From Dipteris shenzhenensis (lineage: Eukaryota), in assembly GCA_047967505.1 (NCBI GenBank), contig CM106538.1: DNA of 64,000 nt. One strand, given 5' to 3'. The translations under genes were made by a program, and so were the position numbers. The notes under the pieces are model-generated. The model saw only the letters and a list, made by a program, of their open reading frames with translations, was not told the origin of the DNA and did not search any database. Below are positions 38,531-51,199 of the stretch, one piece after another. Each line of letters starts with the position of its first letter. The first letter of the stretch is position 1.

Positions 38531-39401
38531 AGATGATGTGTAATGACATTGCATTTGATGCCCCTATCAGAGAGAGGATACATCATCGCAATATCTATGC
38601 AGATGACATTAGTAAAGAAGATTGAGTCTGGTGATTTGACATGAGTTTTTTCCTTCAAGCAATTCATTTTTCTTGTGATGCCCTAGTACTGAACATGCAT
38701 AACTTTTGTTGTGTCTTGCAAAAAAATTTCATTTAGTACATTGTGTGAGTGCCTATGAACATTGCTCTCAATATCAACATATTCAAGAATGTTGCTTTTA
38801 TCCACCTATTTCATTTGCTAGAGATGTAGTAATCATATTGCAGAACTATTTAGTACATCATGTGAGTACCCATGAATATTAATCTTAATGTCACATATTC
38901 AAGCATGTTGGTTTCATAAAAATTTTACTATTTTCTAGACATGTGACAATCATGTCATATCTTAGTTAAGGTTTACATGTCAAAACTATGAGCTGTGTAC
39001 AAATGATCATCATGGTGAATTGAATCTTAAAGTATCTCCTTGATGCAACTAATAAATGTTTCGGCCTAGATGCATGCAAATTTGCACCCTAAATCCTTCA
39101 CCATGTGACTTGCAATCATTTCATCGATAAATCACTATCTATCATGATAGTATGCATGATGGATGATGTAGGTGGAGGATGTTGAAATGAAGTAGACATA
39201 CAAAGTAGTTTTGTTGAATAAAGGGATCTTATAAACCCAAAACCCTATTGGAAAGAAATGGAATTAAATGTATATTGCATCTTTGTGGGGTAGTAGGAGG
39301 TGTGATGTTCTGATAAAATTGTCTATTGAATCACAATAAAGGCCATGCTCAGAAAAATGTGCTCAAACAAATTGCTCAGAGAAAAGACGCATTCTATGTA
39401 T

Positions 39402-39627
39402 CTCACACACACAAACACTTATTTTTTTACACATACGCGTGCACGCACACACACACACACAAATTTTGCTTAATAATTATCTCATGTTCACACACACACA
39501 CACACACAAACACAGATTACGTACTCTTACATGCACAAACACATACACACATTTACTCACACACACACACTCACACACACACACACATACACACACTTAT
39601 AAAGCACACATACTTGCAAATATACAC

Positions 39628-39659
<32 letters not shown>

Positions 39660-39745
39660 GTTACATACTCGATCATACACAAACACATGAAAATTTATAC
39701 ACACTCACATGCTTATTATGTGTTTCATGAACACATGTACACATT
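39402..39745. repeat. Degenerate (CA)n-rich tract
   Basis: Interrupted CA/ACAT repeats; the His/Thr-rich ORFs here are artefacts of the repeat. Confidence 0.9.
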
Positions 39746-40869
39746 ATTACCCCTCATACAATACACATTTTATTAACATTTTATGTTGGTTTGAAGCATC
39801 TTAAATAGTGGATATGGTGGCAGCATCTCTTGGTATGGAAGATGTTGTTGTATTCAAACATCAATGTTACTAGCAGCTTCTTTCAATTAACTCTCTTTTT
39901 TTTGTATGTACCTTTAATTGATCAACCCCAATTCTATACGTTCGGAGCCTTGTCAATTCTTGGAATTACAAGAATTTCTCTATTATGCAATTTTAATAAT
40001 GTTAATTATTCCAAGGACTCTATGCTAACACACAATTGTTATAAATATGTGGTATGCTTTTGCCTACTGTAATAATACGTCTATCTTGCAAAGTTTCGAA
40101 GAATAAGGGGGTCCTTCATTATGATCATAAATTTCCCTATTTTACATTCTACTCCTAAAACATGACCATATGATTTCAAATGGCTCTACCTTCTCAATTT
40201 AAGTATGTGATAAGGTTGATTACCTACTGTGCGGTGCCCTTTCTATGTACAGTAGCTAACTATCTAAAAACCCCCTATGTTGACTATATCCTCCTCTACC
40301 TACTTTGCCTATATTTGCCTCTACTGTGATGTATACAGCCACCTCTATGCTCTACCTAGCTCCCTTGTCTTCCTAAGCGTTGCATTCATTCTATCCCCCT
40401 ATCTTCCTAAGCTTTGTCTCTATCCCTTACCTCGCCGCCATTCTTTCCTCCTCTATGCGTAACCAAAGCCTTAGCTTACTTTTACGTGATGACGTCTTCC
40501 TAGGTACTTTGCCATTTTGCTTGAACTTGCTTGTTCCTACACTACTACTTCGCTTTGGGTTTTGATTAATAAGCATCTCAGTTGTCTTGCCTCGGTTGAC
40601 AGGTTGGTTGCTTGATCTTTTTCTCACGTGATGGCCTTTAGTGTCTGTCTCGTAATCTTTTAGACTATTATATGTCGATATACGGTAGTTGGTTGGAATC
40701 GGCTGCTCCACTAGCTTGTATGCAAGGTAGGCTCTCAATGGTCCTTTCTAAGCAAGATAGGAGAGTAGACATCTCTCCTTAATCTCTCCCGATCTCTCAC
40801 ATAGAATAAAGAACCTCTAAATAACTCTCTTAATGAGTATATCACAAATCTCTCAATGAATTCTCATGT

Positions 40870-43800
40870 TAGGAAATCATTCCAATAGTGGAAGATTTCA
40901 AGGAAGAGGAAATGCATCCACCAAAATCTCAAACATTTAGTGCAAGTCATAAGTTTAGACACTATGAAAGAGATTGCTGCAAGAAGCTGTATGACCAAGG
41001 GGGTCAATCTAGCAGCAATAGAGGGAATTGTTGTGTAAGATAAAATCACCATGGTGGACATCAAAGTGATAATCATTATGCCAATGAACCTCACACAATG
41101 TATCCTACAAGTGAGGATATGTAGAAAACTAACACAATCTATCTTGACATTGATTGTTATTCCAAGGGGAATGCAGTTATTAAGCCAACCATGTAGATCG
41201 AGGTCCTTGGTACATCAACAGTGGTGCATCATCTCACATGACAAAGCATCAGGAATGGTTTTTAGAGATGAAACCATTTGAAGGACCCAAGAATGTTATC
41301 TACACTGAGGGTAACACACCAAATCTAGTTCAAGGAAAAGGCATAGTCCTTATGAGTAATTTCACTGGTATGAAAGGATTGGTGAAAGCTGTACTTGATG
41401 TTCCAAAACTCGATAAGAACCATTAGTCACAATTGAACAAATGATGCAACATAACTCCATAGTCATTTTCAATTGAGATGAATGCACAATTAGAGACAAA
41501 TTAGAGGATATTAGCTAGTGGGAAAAGCTATCAAGGAAGGATGCTAGCTTTAGTACAAGACTTGCATGCCAACTCAATAACAACCGATGCCACTTTTTGC
41601 AATACGGCACAAGAGATGTGGTCATGTCAATTTCAAAAGTTTGATGCAATTAAGAAATCAAATATGTTGCTTGGCATTCCTAAACTTTGATTTCTTGGAA
41701 AATTTTGCAAAGCATGTTGCTTTGGAAAACAAAAAAGAGCAAACTTTGGGAGAAGCACCTCTTGAGCAAGAGAAATTCTTAATTTGATACATAAAGATGT
41801 ATGGGGTTATGCACAAACCTATAGCATCAATGGCTCATTGTACTACTTGACCTTCATCGATGACTACAACCATATTGTTGGGTCTATTTTCTGAAAGAGA
41901 AATCTAAAATCTTTTCTAGATTTTAAGAATGAAAGCCATGGTAGAGAATCAAACAGGCAGAAAGATCAAAGTCATGAGATCAGATAGAGGAGGTGAATAC
42001 ATGTCTTCAACATTCATGAACTTTTGCAAAAGTAATGGCATTTGAAGATAGTTCACATGTGTAGATATTCCATAAAAAAATGCAATAGCTGAAAGGAGCA
42101 ATGGGACTTAGTAGACAGTGCTAGAGCAATGCTTGGTAAGAAGCATCTTTCGAAACAGTGTTGGGTAGAGGCAATTAACACTGCAAAGTACTTTCTTAAT
42201 AAGCTTCCAACAAAACCGATTTGGGGTATGACACCTTATGAGGCATTCATTGATACAAGCCACACATTGGGTAGCTCCGCATATTTGGTTTCATAGCATA
42301 TGCCCACATTCATGATCATCATCACGGAAATTTGGATGTCAAGTCACACAAATGTATCATGGTTGGCTATACTAAAGAGAGCAGAGCATACAAGTTATAT
42401 GGTCCCATCAACCAAAAGGTCATAATCTCTAGAGATGTAATATTTGATGAAGAATCAAAATGGAAAGCATCAAATAAATAGGAGATGGACACACCAATTA
42501 CTCATCCACATATAGAGACAGATAATGAAGAAGAGCAAGAATTGCCAAAGGAACCACCAAAAGAGCAACAACTCAAATGGTCTACTAGAGAAATAAGACC
42601 ACTAGCAAGGTTGACAAATGCTCAGAATGGCAAAGCAATTCAGATTGAAACCACCAATTATGCTCTTATGACTAGCATCATGGCTACAGAAGAGCTAATG
42701 TGGTTGAGGATGCAATTGACAAACCAAAAGGGCAAACTGCTATGAATGAAGAAATTGATTCTTTGTACAAAAACAATACTTGGGATTTGTGTGACCTTCC
42801 ACCAAGAAAGAAGTCCATTACAAACAAACGGGTTTACAAAGTGAAGTATAATCTAGATGGCAGCATTGAAAGATACAAGGCTAGACTAGTTGGAAAATGT
42901 TTTGCACAGCAATATGGTCAAGATTATGAGGAGTCTTATTCTCTAGTAGCAAAGATGGATTCCATAAGATTCTTGATATCACTAGTGACACTCAACAGAT
43001 GGGATGTGTATCAGCTAGATGTCAAGAATGCTTTTCTCAATGGTTACCTAGATGAGGAAGTCTACATGTAGCCACCATTAGGGTATGTTGAACCAGGAAA
43101 AGAGCATCAGGTTTTCCATCTCAAGGAAAGCCTCTATGGCTTAAAGCAAGCACCCAAAAGTTGTTCTAGTAGAACCAATAAGTATTTTGCTAATATGGGA
43201 TACATCAAAGTCAACTACAAATCGTACTCTCTACTACAAAGTTCAAGGGAAAGACATTACTATTGCACTTTTGTATGTAGATGATCTAATTGTGATTGGA
43301 AGCAATGAGATCTTCATCAAGAAGTGAAATAAGACTTATTTGTAGAGTTTGACATGAAATATCTTGGACTTATGCACTACTGTCTTGGTATTGAGTTCTA
43401 GAGAGACTCAGACAGCACCTTCATGAGCCAGCAGAAATATGTGGATAGTCTCCTAAAGAAGTGTAGATTACAAGATTGCAACCACTCCCATGGAGTAGAG
43501 TTTGAAACTTACCAAAGATCCATAAAAGCCTACAATCAATGACAAGTACTATTGGTAGCTCATTTGATCTCTTATATATCCGACTATCATGAGGCCAAGA
43601 TATTTGTTATGCAGTAAGCTCATTTGCATACTTTATGGCAAATCCAAAGTAGTCTCATTGGAATGCAGCCAAGAGAGTCTTGAGATACATTGGAGGTAGA
43701 AGATAGTTTGGAATAGAATACAGAGGAAGTCATCCAAGCAATGGGTACTGCGACAATAGTGACTATGCATAAGATCCACACAAGGATATGCATTTTCCTT

Positions 43801-44458
43801 GGTCAAGCTGCTATATCATGGTTGTCAAATAAGCAACCAACTATTTCTTTGTCTCAAAAGAAGTAGGATATAGGGCACTCATAATAGGTGCATGTGAGGC
43901 TATATGGCTCAGAAGACTATTGGTAGAAACAGGTTACTTTGATGAGTCAAAGCCAACAATAAATTATGGTAACCAATAAGCTCAAGAATTAGCCAAGAAT
44001 CTAGTATATCACTCTAGGACAAAGCACATTGATGTTAGAGAGCACTTCATCAGAGAAAGAGTGTTACTTAGTGACATCACATTGCAACATTGTGACAGCA
44101 ATGAGAATGTTGCAGATATCTTTACCAAACCACTTGGGAATGAGATTTTTGAGAAACACCAACAAGCCCTTTGTTTGACTCAGAGGAAGGACATTCCCAT
44201 TTAAGGGGTGTGATGGAATGTAATGTTTAGCCCTTGTTCATTCCCCATAATCATCATCTTGAGGAAAGGCCTACTTCATGATGTTGATCTTGAGGAAGGT
44301 GTTGAGGATTCATCTCAACATCATGTGTACATAGCACTAACATAAAGAGTGCTAAAAGGCACAAGTGTTGGAAACCCTAACCCTAACCCTAAATAGGTAT
44401 TGTTTTCAAAATCTAGCATACAGATAGTCATTTGTGGTGTGCTCTCTACCTGTGTCCT
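40870..44458 (+). mobile_element. Heavily decayed, 5'-truncated Ty1/copia family B copy with partial 3' LTR
   Basis: Collinear with the minus-strand copy at 45103-49790: HKRCGHVNF, MRSDRGGEYM, ERYKARLV, YQLDVKNAFLNG, TKHIDVREHF. PPT TAAGGGG then LTR start TGATGGAATGTAATG at ~44211. Confidence 0.9.
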
Positions 44459-45100
44459 AATTGTTTTGAGCAACTTTTTTATTGCTTTTGCTTGACCATT
44501 TGCACGTGCATAGTACATTGTCAATTTCTTGTGTTGAATAAGGAATTCCTTTCTCATGATATCAATGACTGTATTGATGAAGGATTGCCCATAGTGCTAT
44601 TTGGAGCATGTGATACCAATCATTTTGGTGCTCATTCACCATCTTGGGAAGGATTGTTTTGAGCAACTTTTTTATTGCTTTTGCTTGACCATTTGCACGT
44701 GCATAGTACATTGTCGATTTCTTGTGTTGAATTAGGAATTCCTTTCTCATGATATCAATGACCGTATTGATGAAGGAAATCCCTTAGTCAAACATGATTT
44801 CAATGGGACACTTGAATCTACATATGATATTCTCATACAAGAATCTTGCGATGATTTGTTCTATGTTGTCCCTCAAAGCTTATGCATCAGCCCACTTGGT
44901 GATATAATCAGTCACTATCATAATGTATGTGTTCTTGCCAAGATGCATGGCCACTTTGAATGGATTGATGAAATCCAATCCTCATTTTTGGAATGGTTCC
45001 CATGGGTAAGTCAGCCATAATGGCATATGATCTTGGAAGGTTGGCATATGGAATTGTTGGAATGCATTGCAATTCTTGCAATGTTTTGCAACACCTATTT
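44459..45100 (-). mobile_element. Ty3/gypsy (Athila/Tat-like) integrase fragment with internal ~130-bp duplication
   Basis: STMYYARANGQAKAIKKLLKTILPKMV...DW...LQIALWA matches the gypsy integrase core end. Segment 44460-44587 is repeated at 44654-44776. Confidence 0.75.
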
Positions 45101-45102
45101 AT

Positions 45103-48100
45103 TGACAAAATATGAAGAGGGGAGAGGAGAAGAGTGGAGATGAGGAGAGAGGGCACAGCTAGAGAGCACACCACAAATGACTAACTGTACACTAGATTTA
45201 GTTGAAAAAATAGAATATATACAAACCCTTTTAGTGTTAGGGTTAGGGGATCTAACCCTTTCCTTTATAGCACTCTATAAGGTTAGTGCTATGCACATAT
45301 GATCACATGATGGTGCTATGCACACGTGATCACATGATGTTGAGCATGAACTCTCAACACCTTCCCTCAAGATAAACATCATGAAGTAGGCCTTCCCTCA
45401 AGATGATGATTCTGGGGAATCGAAGAAGGACTGAGCATTACATTCCATCACACCCCTTTAATGGGAATGTCCTTCCTCTGCGTCAAACCAAGAGCTAGTC
45501 GGTGTTTCTCGAATAGCTCTTTATCGAGTGGTTTGGTAAAGATGTCTGAAACATTTTCTTTGCTATCACAATGCTGTAGTGTGATGTCACCAAGTAACAC
45601 TCTTTCTCTGATGAAGTGCTCTCTCACATCAATATGCTTTGTCTTGGAGTGATATACTGGATTTTTGGCCAACGCTTGAGCCGATTGATTATCACAGTAT
45701 ATTGTTGTTGGCTTTGACTCATCAAAGTAATCTGTTTCTAACAATAGTCTTCTGAGCCATATAGCCTCACATGCACCTGTAGTGAGTGCTCTGTATTATG
45801 CTTCAGTCGAAGACAAAGAAACAGTTGGCTGTTTGTTTGACAACAATGATATAGCACCTTGACCAAGGAAAAATCCATATCCCTATGTCAATCTCCTAGT
45901 CTCATGATCTCTGGCATAGTCACTGTCACAGTATCCATGCAACCGTGGATGACTTCCTCTGTATTCTATCCCAAACTATCTTGTACCTCTGATGTATCTC
46001 AAGACTCTTTTGGCTGCATTCCAGTGAGACTGTTTTGGATTTGCCATAAACTGTGCTAGTGAGCTTACTTCATAACAAATATCTAGCCGTGTGATTATCA
46101 GATATATAAGAGATCCAATGAGCTGCCTGTAGTATCTATCATTGACTGTAGGCTTTTTTGAATCTTTAGTAAGTTTCAAACTCTATTCCATGGGAGTGGC
46201 CACAATCTTGCAATCTGTCATATGAAAATTCTTCAGGAGACTGTCAACATACTTGAGCTGACTCATGAATGTGCTATCTGAATCTCTCCAGAACTCAATT
46301 CCAAGACACTAGTGCATAAGTCCAAGATCTTTCATGTCAAACTCTGCAGACAAGTCTTGTTTCAATTTTCTGATGAAGCTATCCTTGCTTCCTGTCACAA
46401 TCAGATCATCTACGTACAAAAGTGCAATAGTAATGTCTTCCCCTTGAACTTTGTAGTAGAGAGTATGATCTGCATTGGATTTCATGTATCCCAAATCAGC
46501 AAAATACTTGTCAATTCTGCTGTACCAACTTTTGGGTGCTTGCTTTAAGCCGTAGAGACTTTTCTTGAGATGGCAAACCTTTTTCTCCTTTCCTGGTTCA
46601 ACATAACCTGTGGGTTGTTACATGTAGACTTCCTCATCTAGATAACCATTGAGAAATGCATTCTTGACATCGAGCTGATACACATTCCATTTACTGATGT
46701 CGCTAGTGATATCAAGAACTGTATGGAATCCATCTTTGCTACTGGAGCATAAGTCTCATCATAGTCTTGACCATATTGTTGTGCAAATCCTTTTGCAACT
46801 AATCTGGCTTTATATCTCTGAATACTGCCATCTGGATTGTACTTCACTTTGTATACCCATTTGTTTGCTATGGCCTTCTTTCCTGGTGGAAGGTTGCATA
46901 ATTCCCAAGTATTATTCTTATACAAAGCATCCATTTCTTCATTCATAGCAGTTTGCCATTCTGGCTTGTCTACTGCGTCTTCGAAGTACACTGGCTCTTC
47001 TGTAGCCATGATGGTAGTCATAAGAGCATAGTTGGTGGTTTCCACCTGAATTGCTTTGCCTTTCTGAGCATATGTCAATCTGGCTGGTGGTTTGCTTTCC
47101 CTAGCAGACCGTCTGAGCTGCTGTGGCTCTGCTTGGGGTGTTGCTGGCGATTCTTGCTCTTCTTCATCAACCTATTCTGTAGATGACTGTGAAGTCGATG
47201 CTTCTATCTCCTGTGTAGGTGAGGTTTTCCATTCTGATTCCTCATCAAAGATTACATCTCTGGAGATAATGACTTTGCGGTTGATGGGATCATACAATTT
47301 GTATGCTTTGCTTTCTTCACTGTAGCCAACCATGATGCATTTGCGTGACTTCGCATCCAATTTTCTGCGATGATCATCATGTATGTGGGCATATGCTATG
47401 CAACCAAATATGCGGAGATGCCCAATGCGTGGCTTGTGTCCAGTGAATGCTTCATAAGGAGTCATACCTTGTATCGGTTCGGTAGGAAGCCGATTAAGCA
47501 AGTAGTTAGCTGTAGCTATTGCTTCTGCCCAATACTGATTTAGAAGATGCTTTTCACTAAGCATTGCTCTAGCACTATCTGCTAAAGTCCCATTCTTCCT
47601 TTCAACTCTTGCATTCTGCTGAGGAGTATCTGCACATGTGAATTGTCTTCGAATGCCATGATTTCTGCAAAAGTTCATGAATGCTGAAGACATGTATTCA
47701 CCTCCTCTGTCTGATCTCATGACCTTGATCTTTCTGCCTGTTTGGTTTTCTACCATGGCTTTGAATTCTTGAAATCTGGAAAACACTTTAGATTTCTCTT
47801 TCAAAAGTTAGACCCAACAATATCTGCTGTAGTCGTCGATGAAGGTCAAGTAGTAAAGTGAACCATTGATGCTGTGGGTTTGGGCATAACCGCATACATC
47901 TGTATGTATCAAATCAAGAATACCTCATGCACGAGAGGTACTTCTAACAAAGTTGGTTCGCTTTTGTTTGCCGAAACAGCATGCTTTGCAAACTTTTTCA
48001 AGAAACTGTAGCTTCAGAATCCCAATTGCCATATTCTGATTCCTGAGATCTAACAAGTACTTGAAGTTGACATGACCATATCTCTTGTGCCATTTTGCAG

Positions 48101-49790
48101 ATAGTGGCATCTGTTGGATTTGAGCTGACATGGCATGCTTATCTGGTACTGTAGCTAGCATTCTATATATGCGTCCTTCCTTGACACCTTTTGCTACTAG
48201 CTGACATCTTTTGGATTTGTCTCTGATAGTGCATTCATCACCATCGAAGATGACTTTGTAATTGTGTTCCGTCATTTGACCTACTGACAAAAGGTTCTTG
48301 CTGAGCTTCGGAACATAGAGCACATCTTTGACTAATCCTTTTGTACCAGTGAAATTGTTCATAGGGATAACACCTGTCCCTTGAATTGGATTCGGTGTAT
48401 TATCTGCTATGTAGATGACATTTTTCTGTCCTTTTAATGGTTTCATTTTTGTGAACCATTCCTGATGATTTGTCATATGAGATGATGCACCGCTGTCGAT
48501 GTACCAAGGATCTTGTTCCACTTGGCCAACTTGATAACTGTAATCCTCTTTGGGATTGAAATCAGTGTCTAGGTTTATTGTATCAGTTTGATGCAATTCC
48601 TCGCTTGCAAGAAACATATTTCCATGTTCATTTGCAAAATGACTGTGACTAGAATGTCCACCACGATGATTTCCTCTTCCTCGGGAATTCCCTCTGTTGG
48701 ATTGACCGCCTTGGTCGTACTGCTTCTTGCAGCAATCTCTTTCATAGTGTCCAAACTTGTGACAGTAGTTGCATTGAATGTTTGACACATTGGTGGATGC
48801 ATTCCCTTGTCCTTGAAATCTTCCTCGATTGGAATGATTTCCTCTTTGCTGATTCTGATTTTGCTGAGGATAATGCTGATGCTGATGCTGATGCTGATTT
48901 TGACTTTGATTTTGTTGCTGATGACCACTTTTCTGGTATGATCTACCTCTGTTTCTCCCTTTGCCTCTGCTTCTGTTTGAAGCTATGGATGCTTGATCAT
49001 TAGAATGACCTTTACATGCTTGAATTGCCTGATGCCTGAGTTCTTTACCAAGTATAACTGACTGAAGTTCTTCCAATGTTGGAATTTGTCGTTGGATGGC
49101 AATACTCTAGACTAGATTCTCGTATCCCTCTCCTAGTCCATTCAGAATGACTTGAACCATTTTTGCGGGGTTCATAGTCTCTCCTGCTACTGCAAGTTGA
49201 TTGTTGTAGTCTTTAATGCGTAGTACATAAGCATGACCGGTTTCACTGTTGTTGCGAAAACTTTGGTTGATCTGGTTTCTCAGGGTGAGAATCCCGGATG
49301 TGTTCTTAGACTCGTAGAGAGCGGCGAACATATCCCATGCTTCTTTTGATGTCTTAACTGTGTTGAGCTATCCTAGCATGACATCTTGCACATTCTGCTT
49401 GATGAGGTGATAGACATACTTGTCTTTCTTATCCCATTCTGCTTGAGCTTGGGCAATGGCAGGATCTACTACTCGTGCGAAAACTGTTTGTGTAGATGTA
49501 GATCCCGATGTAGATTCCGTTGCTGGTGCTATGACAATAGATGGAGTAGAGCTACTGGTGGCTGGATCGGCCAATGGTCTAGGTGTAGACCCATTGAGAT
49601 ACTCCCATTTGTCTTGAAGCACAAGAATGGTCTCCATTCGGTATTTCCATGAACCGTAATTGGAGTTGTCTAACTTAGCAGATGCCTCCAGATTGAGGTT
49701 GCTAGTCGACATGGTGCAAGAAATTTACTCAAAAGTGTCGTGAAGATCTCTGTATGAATCAATTGCAAATACACTGAATATGCCAAGGAG
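45103..49790 (-). mobile_element. Ty1/copia family B element, near-complete coding region with 3' LTR but no 5' LTR
   Basis: gag from ATG 49712 (KLDNSNYGSWK), CCHC knuckle, WYIDSGAS, integrase, RT (LYVDD), RNase H ending at 45448; PPT then a ~348-bp LTR at 45450-45103 (TGA...TCA). Several premature stops; no PBS or 5' LTR seen. Confidence 0.93.
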
Positions 49791-50124
49791 GAGAAGGGAG
49801 GGAGGGAGGAGGAGGAGGAGGCAGAGGAGGAGGGAGGAGGAGGGACAATGGGAGGGAGTGCAAAGTATAGGTTGCACCAGTGAGAGCATGCTAGTACATG
49901 ATGATAGTGTAAGGGAGCATGGATTCTAGGAGATCAGTCATAAGAACACAAAACTAAATTGAATATTGAGGGCCAAAGAGTGGGATCTTCTTTCCATTAG
50001 GAGATATTTATACAGTTCCATGATTTTCCATCCCTACACAAAGTGCATGTGGAGGATCCTAGTCTTTCTCTCCAATATAAAGTGTATGTCAAGGAGTTCA
50101 GAGACTCCCTCTCCCCACATCCTC

Positions 50125-50580
50125 CTCTCTTTTTGAATCTCTCAAACCAAACCTACTCCACCACCACTTTTTCAAACCATACCTACTTCACGTCCACTTT
50201 TTGAATCTCTCAAGCCACACTTGCTCCACCATCACTTTTTCTCAAACCACGCCTACTTCACGACCACTTTTTGAATCTCTCAAGCCACAGTTGCTCCACC
50301 ACTGCTTTTTCCATTCATGACCTCCTCACTACCTACACTATTGGTCTACCAACTCCACCTTCATCTCCACTTTCTGTCTACCATCTCCACCTCTACTTTC
50401 TCCCCATCTCTTCTCCACCTCTACCTCCATTCTCCATCCATATCTTCTTTAACTCCACCTCCATTTCCATCCACCATCTCCTCCTCCACTTTCCTTCCAC
50501 CTCTTCTCCATCTTTGTCTCTGGCCCCCCTTCTCTATGTCCACCTCAACTCTTCCATCCAGCATCTCCACCTTACCCAAC
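50125..50580. repeat. Pyrimidine-rich low-complexity tract with a short degenerate repeat (ctttttgaatctctcaa...)
   Basis: The motif recurs at ~50130, ~50197 and ~50266, followed by CTCCAC-rich sequence. Confidence 0.7.
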
Positions 50581-51199
50581 TATTGTGGTAGAGGTGTTGT
50601 TGGAATCTAGGTTTGAGATATTGTTGTTGAATGTTCCATTGTAGGGCCCAAGCTCCATTCACTTAAGCCATATCATGAATAAATTGAAGGCACAATCTAA
50701 TTAGCAGATATAAAAATTGTTTAAAGAAAGGTATGTCAAAGAGTACCTCATAGCACCATCTTCCTTTAGGAAATTGATGTAGTCTCATTAGGCATCCTTG
50801 TTTTAAAGTCTAGAATAGAGAAAGCACTCAAGGAGAAGATGCTCACAAAAGGGAGAGGAGATATGGAAATGAAGGACCACTTAATAGGAGTTGACGAATA
50901 AGATTGTATTGGCTATCACCTTCATCAAATGGAAGGCTATAATGATCCACTTCATACAAGGTCAACCCATTAAATAGGAAACCAAGTCTTGATCCCCTAA
51001 TCCAAATCCTATCCAATGTCCTCATCCATCAATCACGTGTAGGTAGGTTAAACCACTCTAATCACACTGATGTATAAATATCAACACTTCCCCTCAATAC
51101 AAAATGAATGAAGTAGTTGTTGGAAATATCTTCTAGTCGAAGCAAGAGAGTGCATGGATGAGTGGGTGGTAGCAAGCCAATGGGATGCATGCTTGTGGA

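Noticed and set aside
39030-39325. Possible TET/JBP dioxygenase relic next to the MTase
   Set aside because: Careful minus-strand translation shows no HxD...H...R motif arrangement, so it is left as an unassigned relic.
39326-39730. His/Thr-rich ORFs
   Set aside because: These are translations of a degenerate (CA)n tract.
44372-44392. AACCCTAACCCTAACCCTAA as an interstitial telomere
   Set aside because: Only three units, inside the copia B LTR, with a related motif in the other LTR at ~45238-45248. It is an LTR-internal telobox-like motif.
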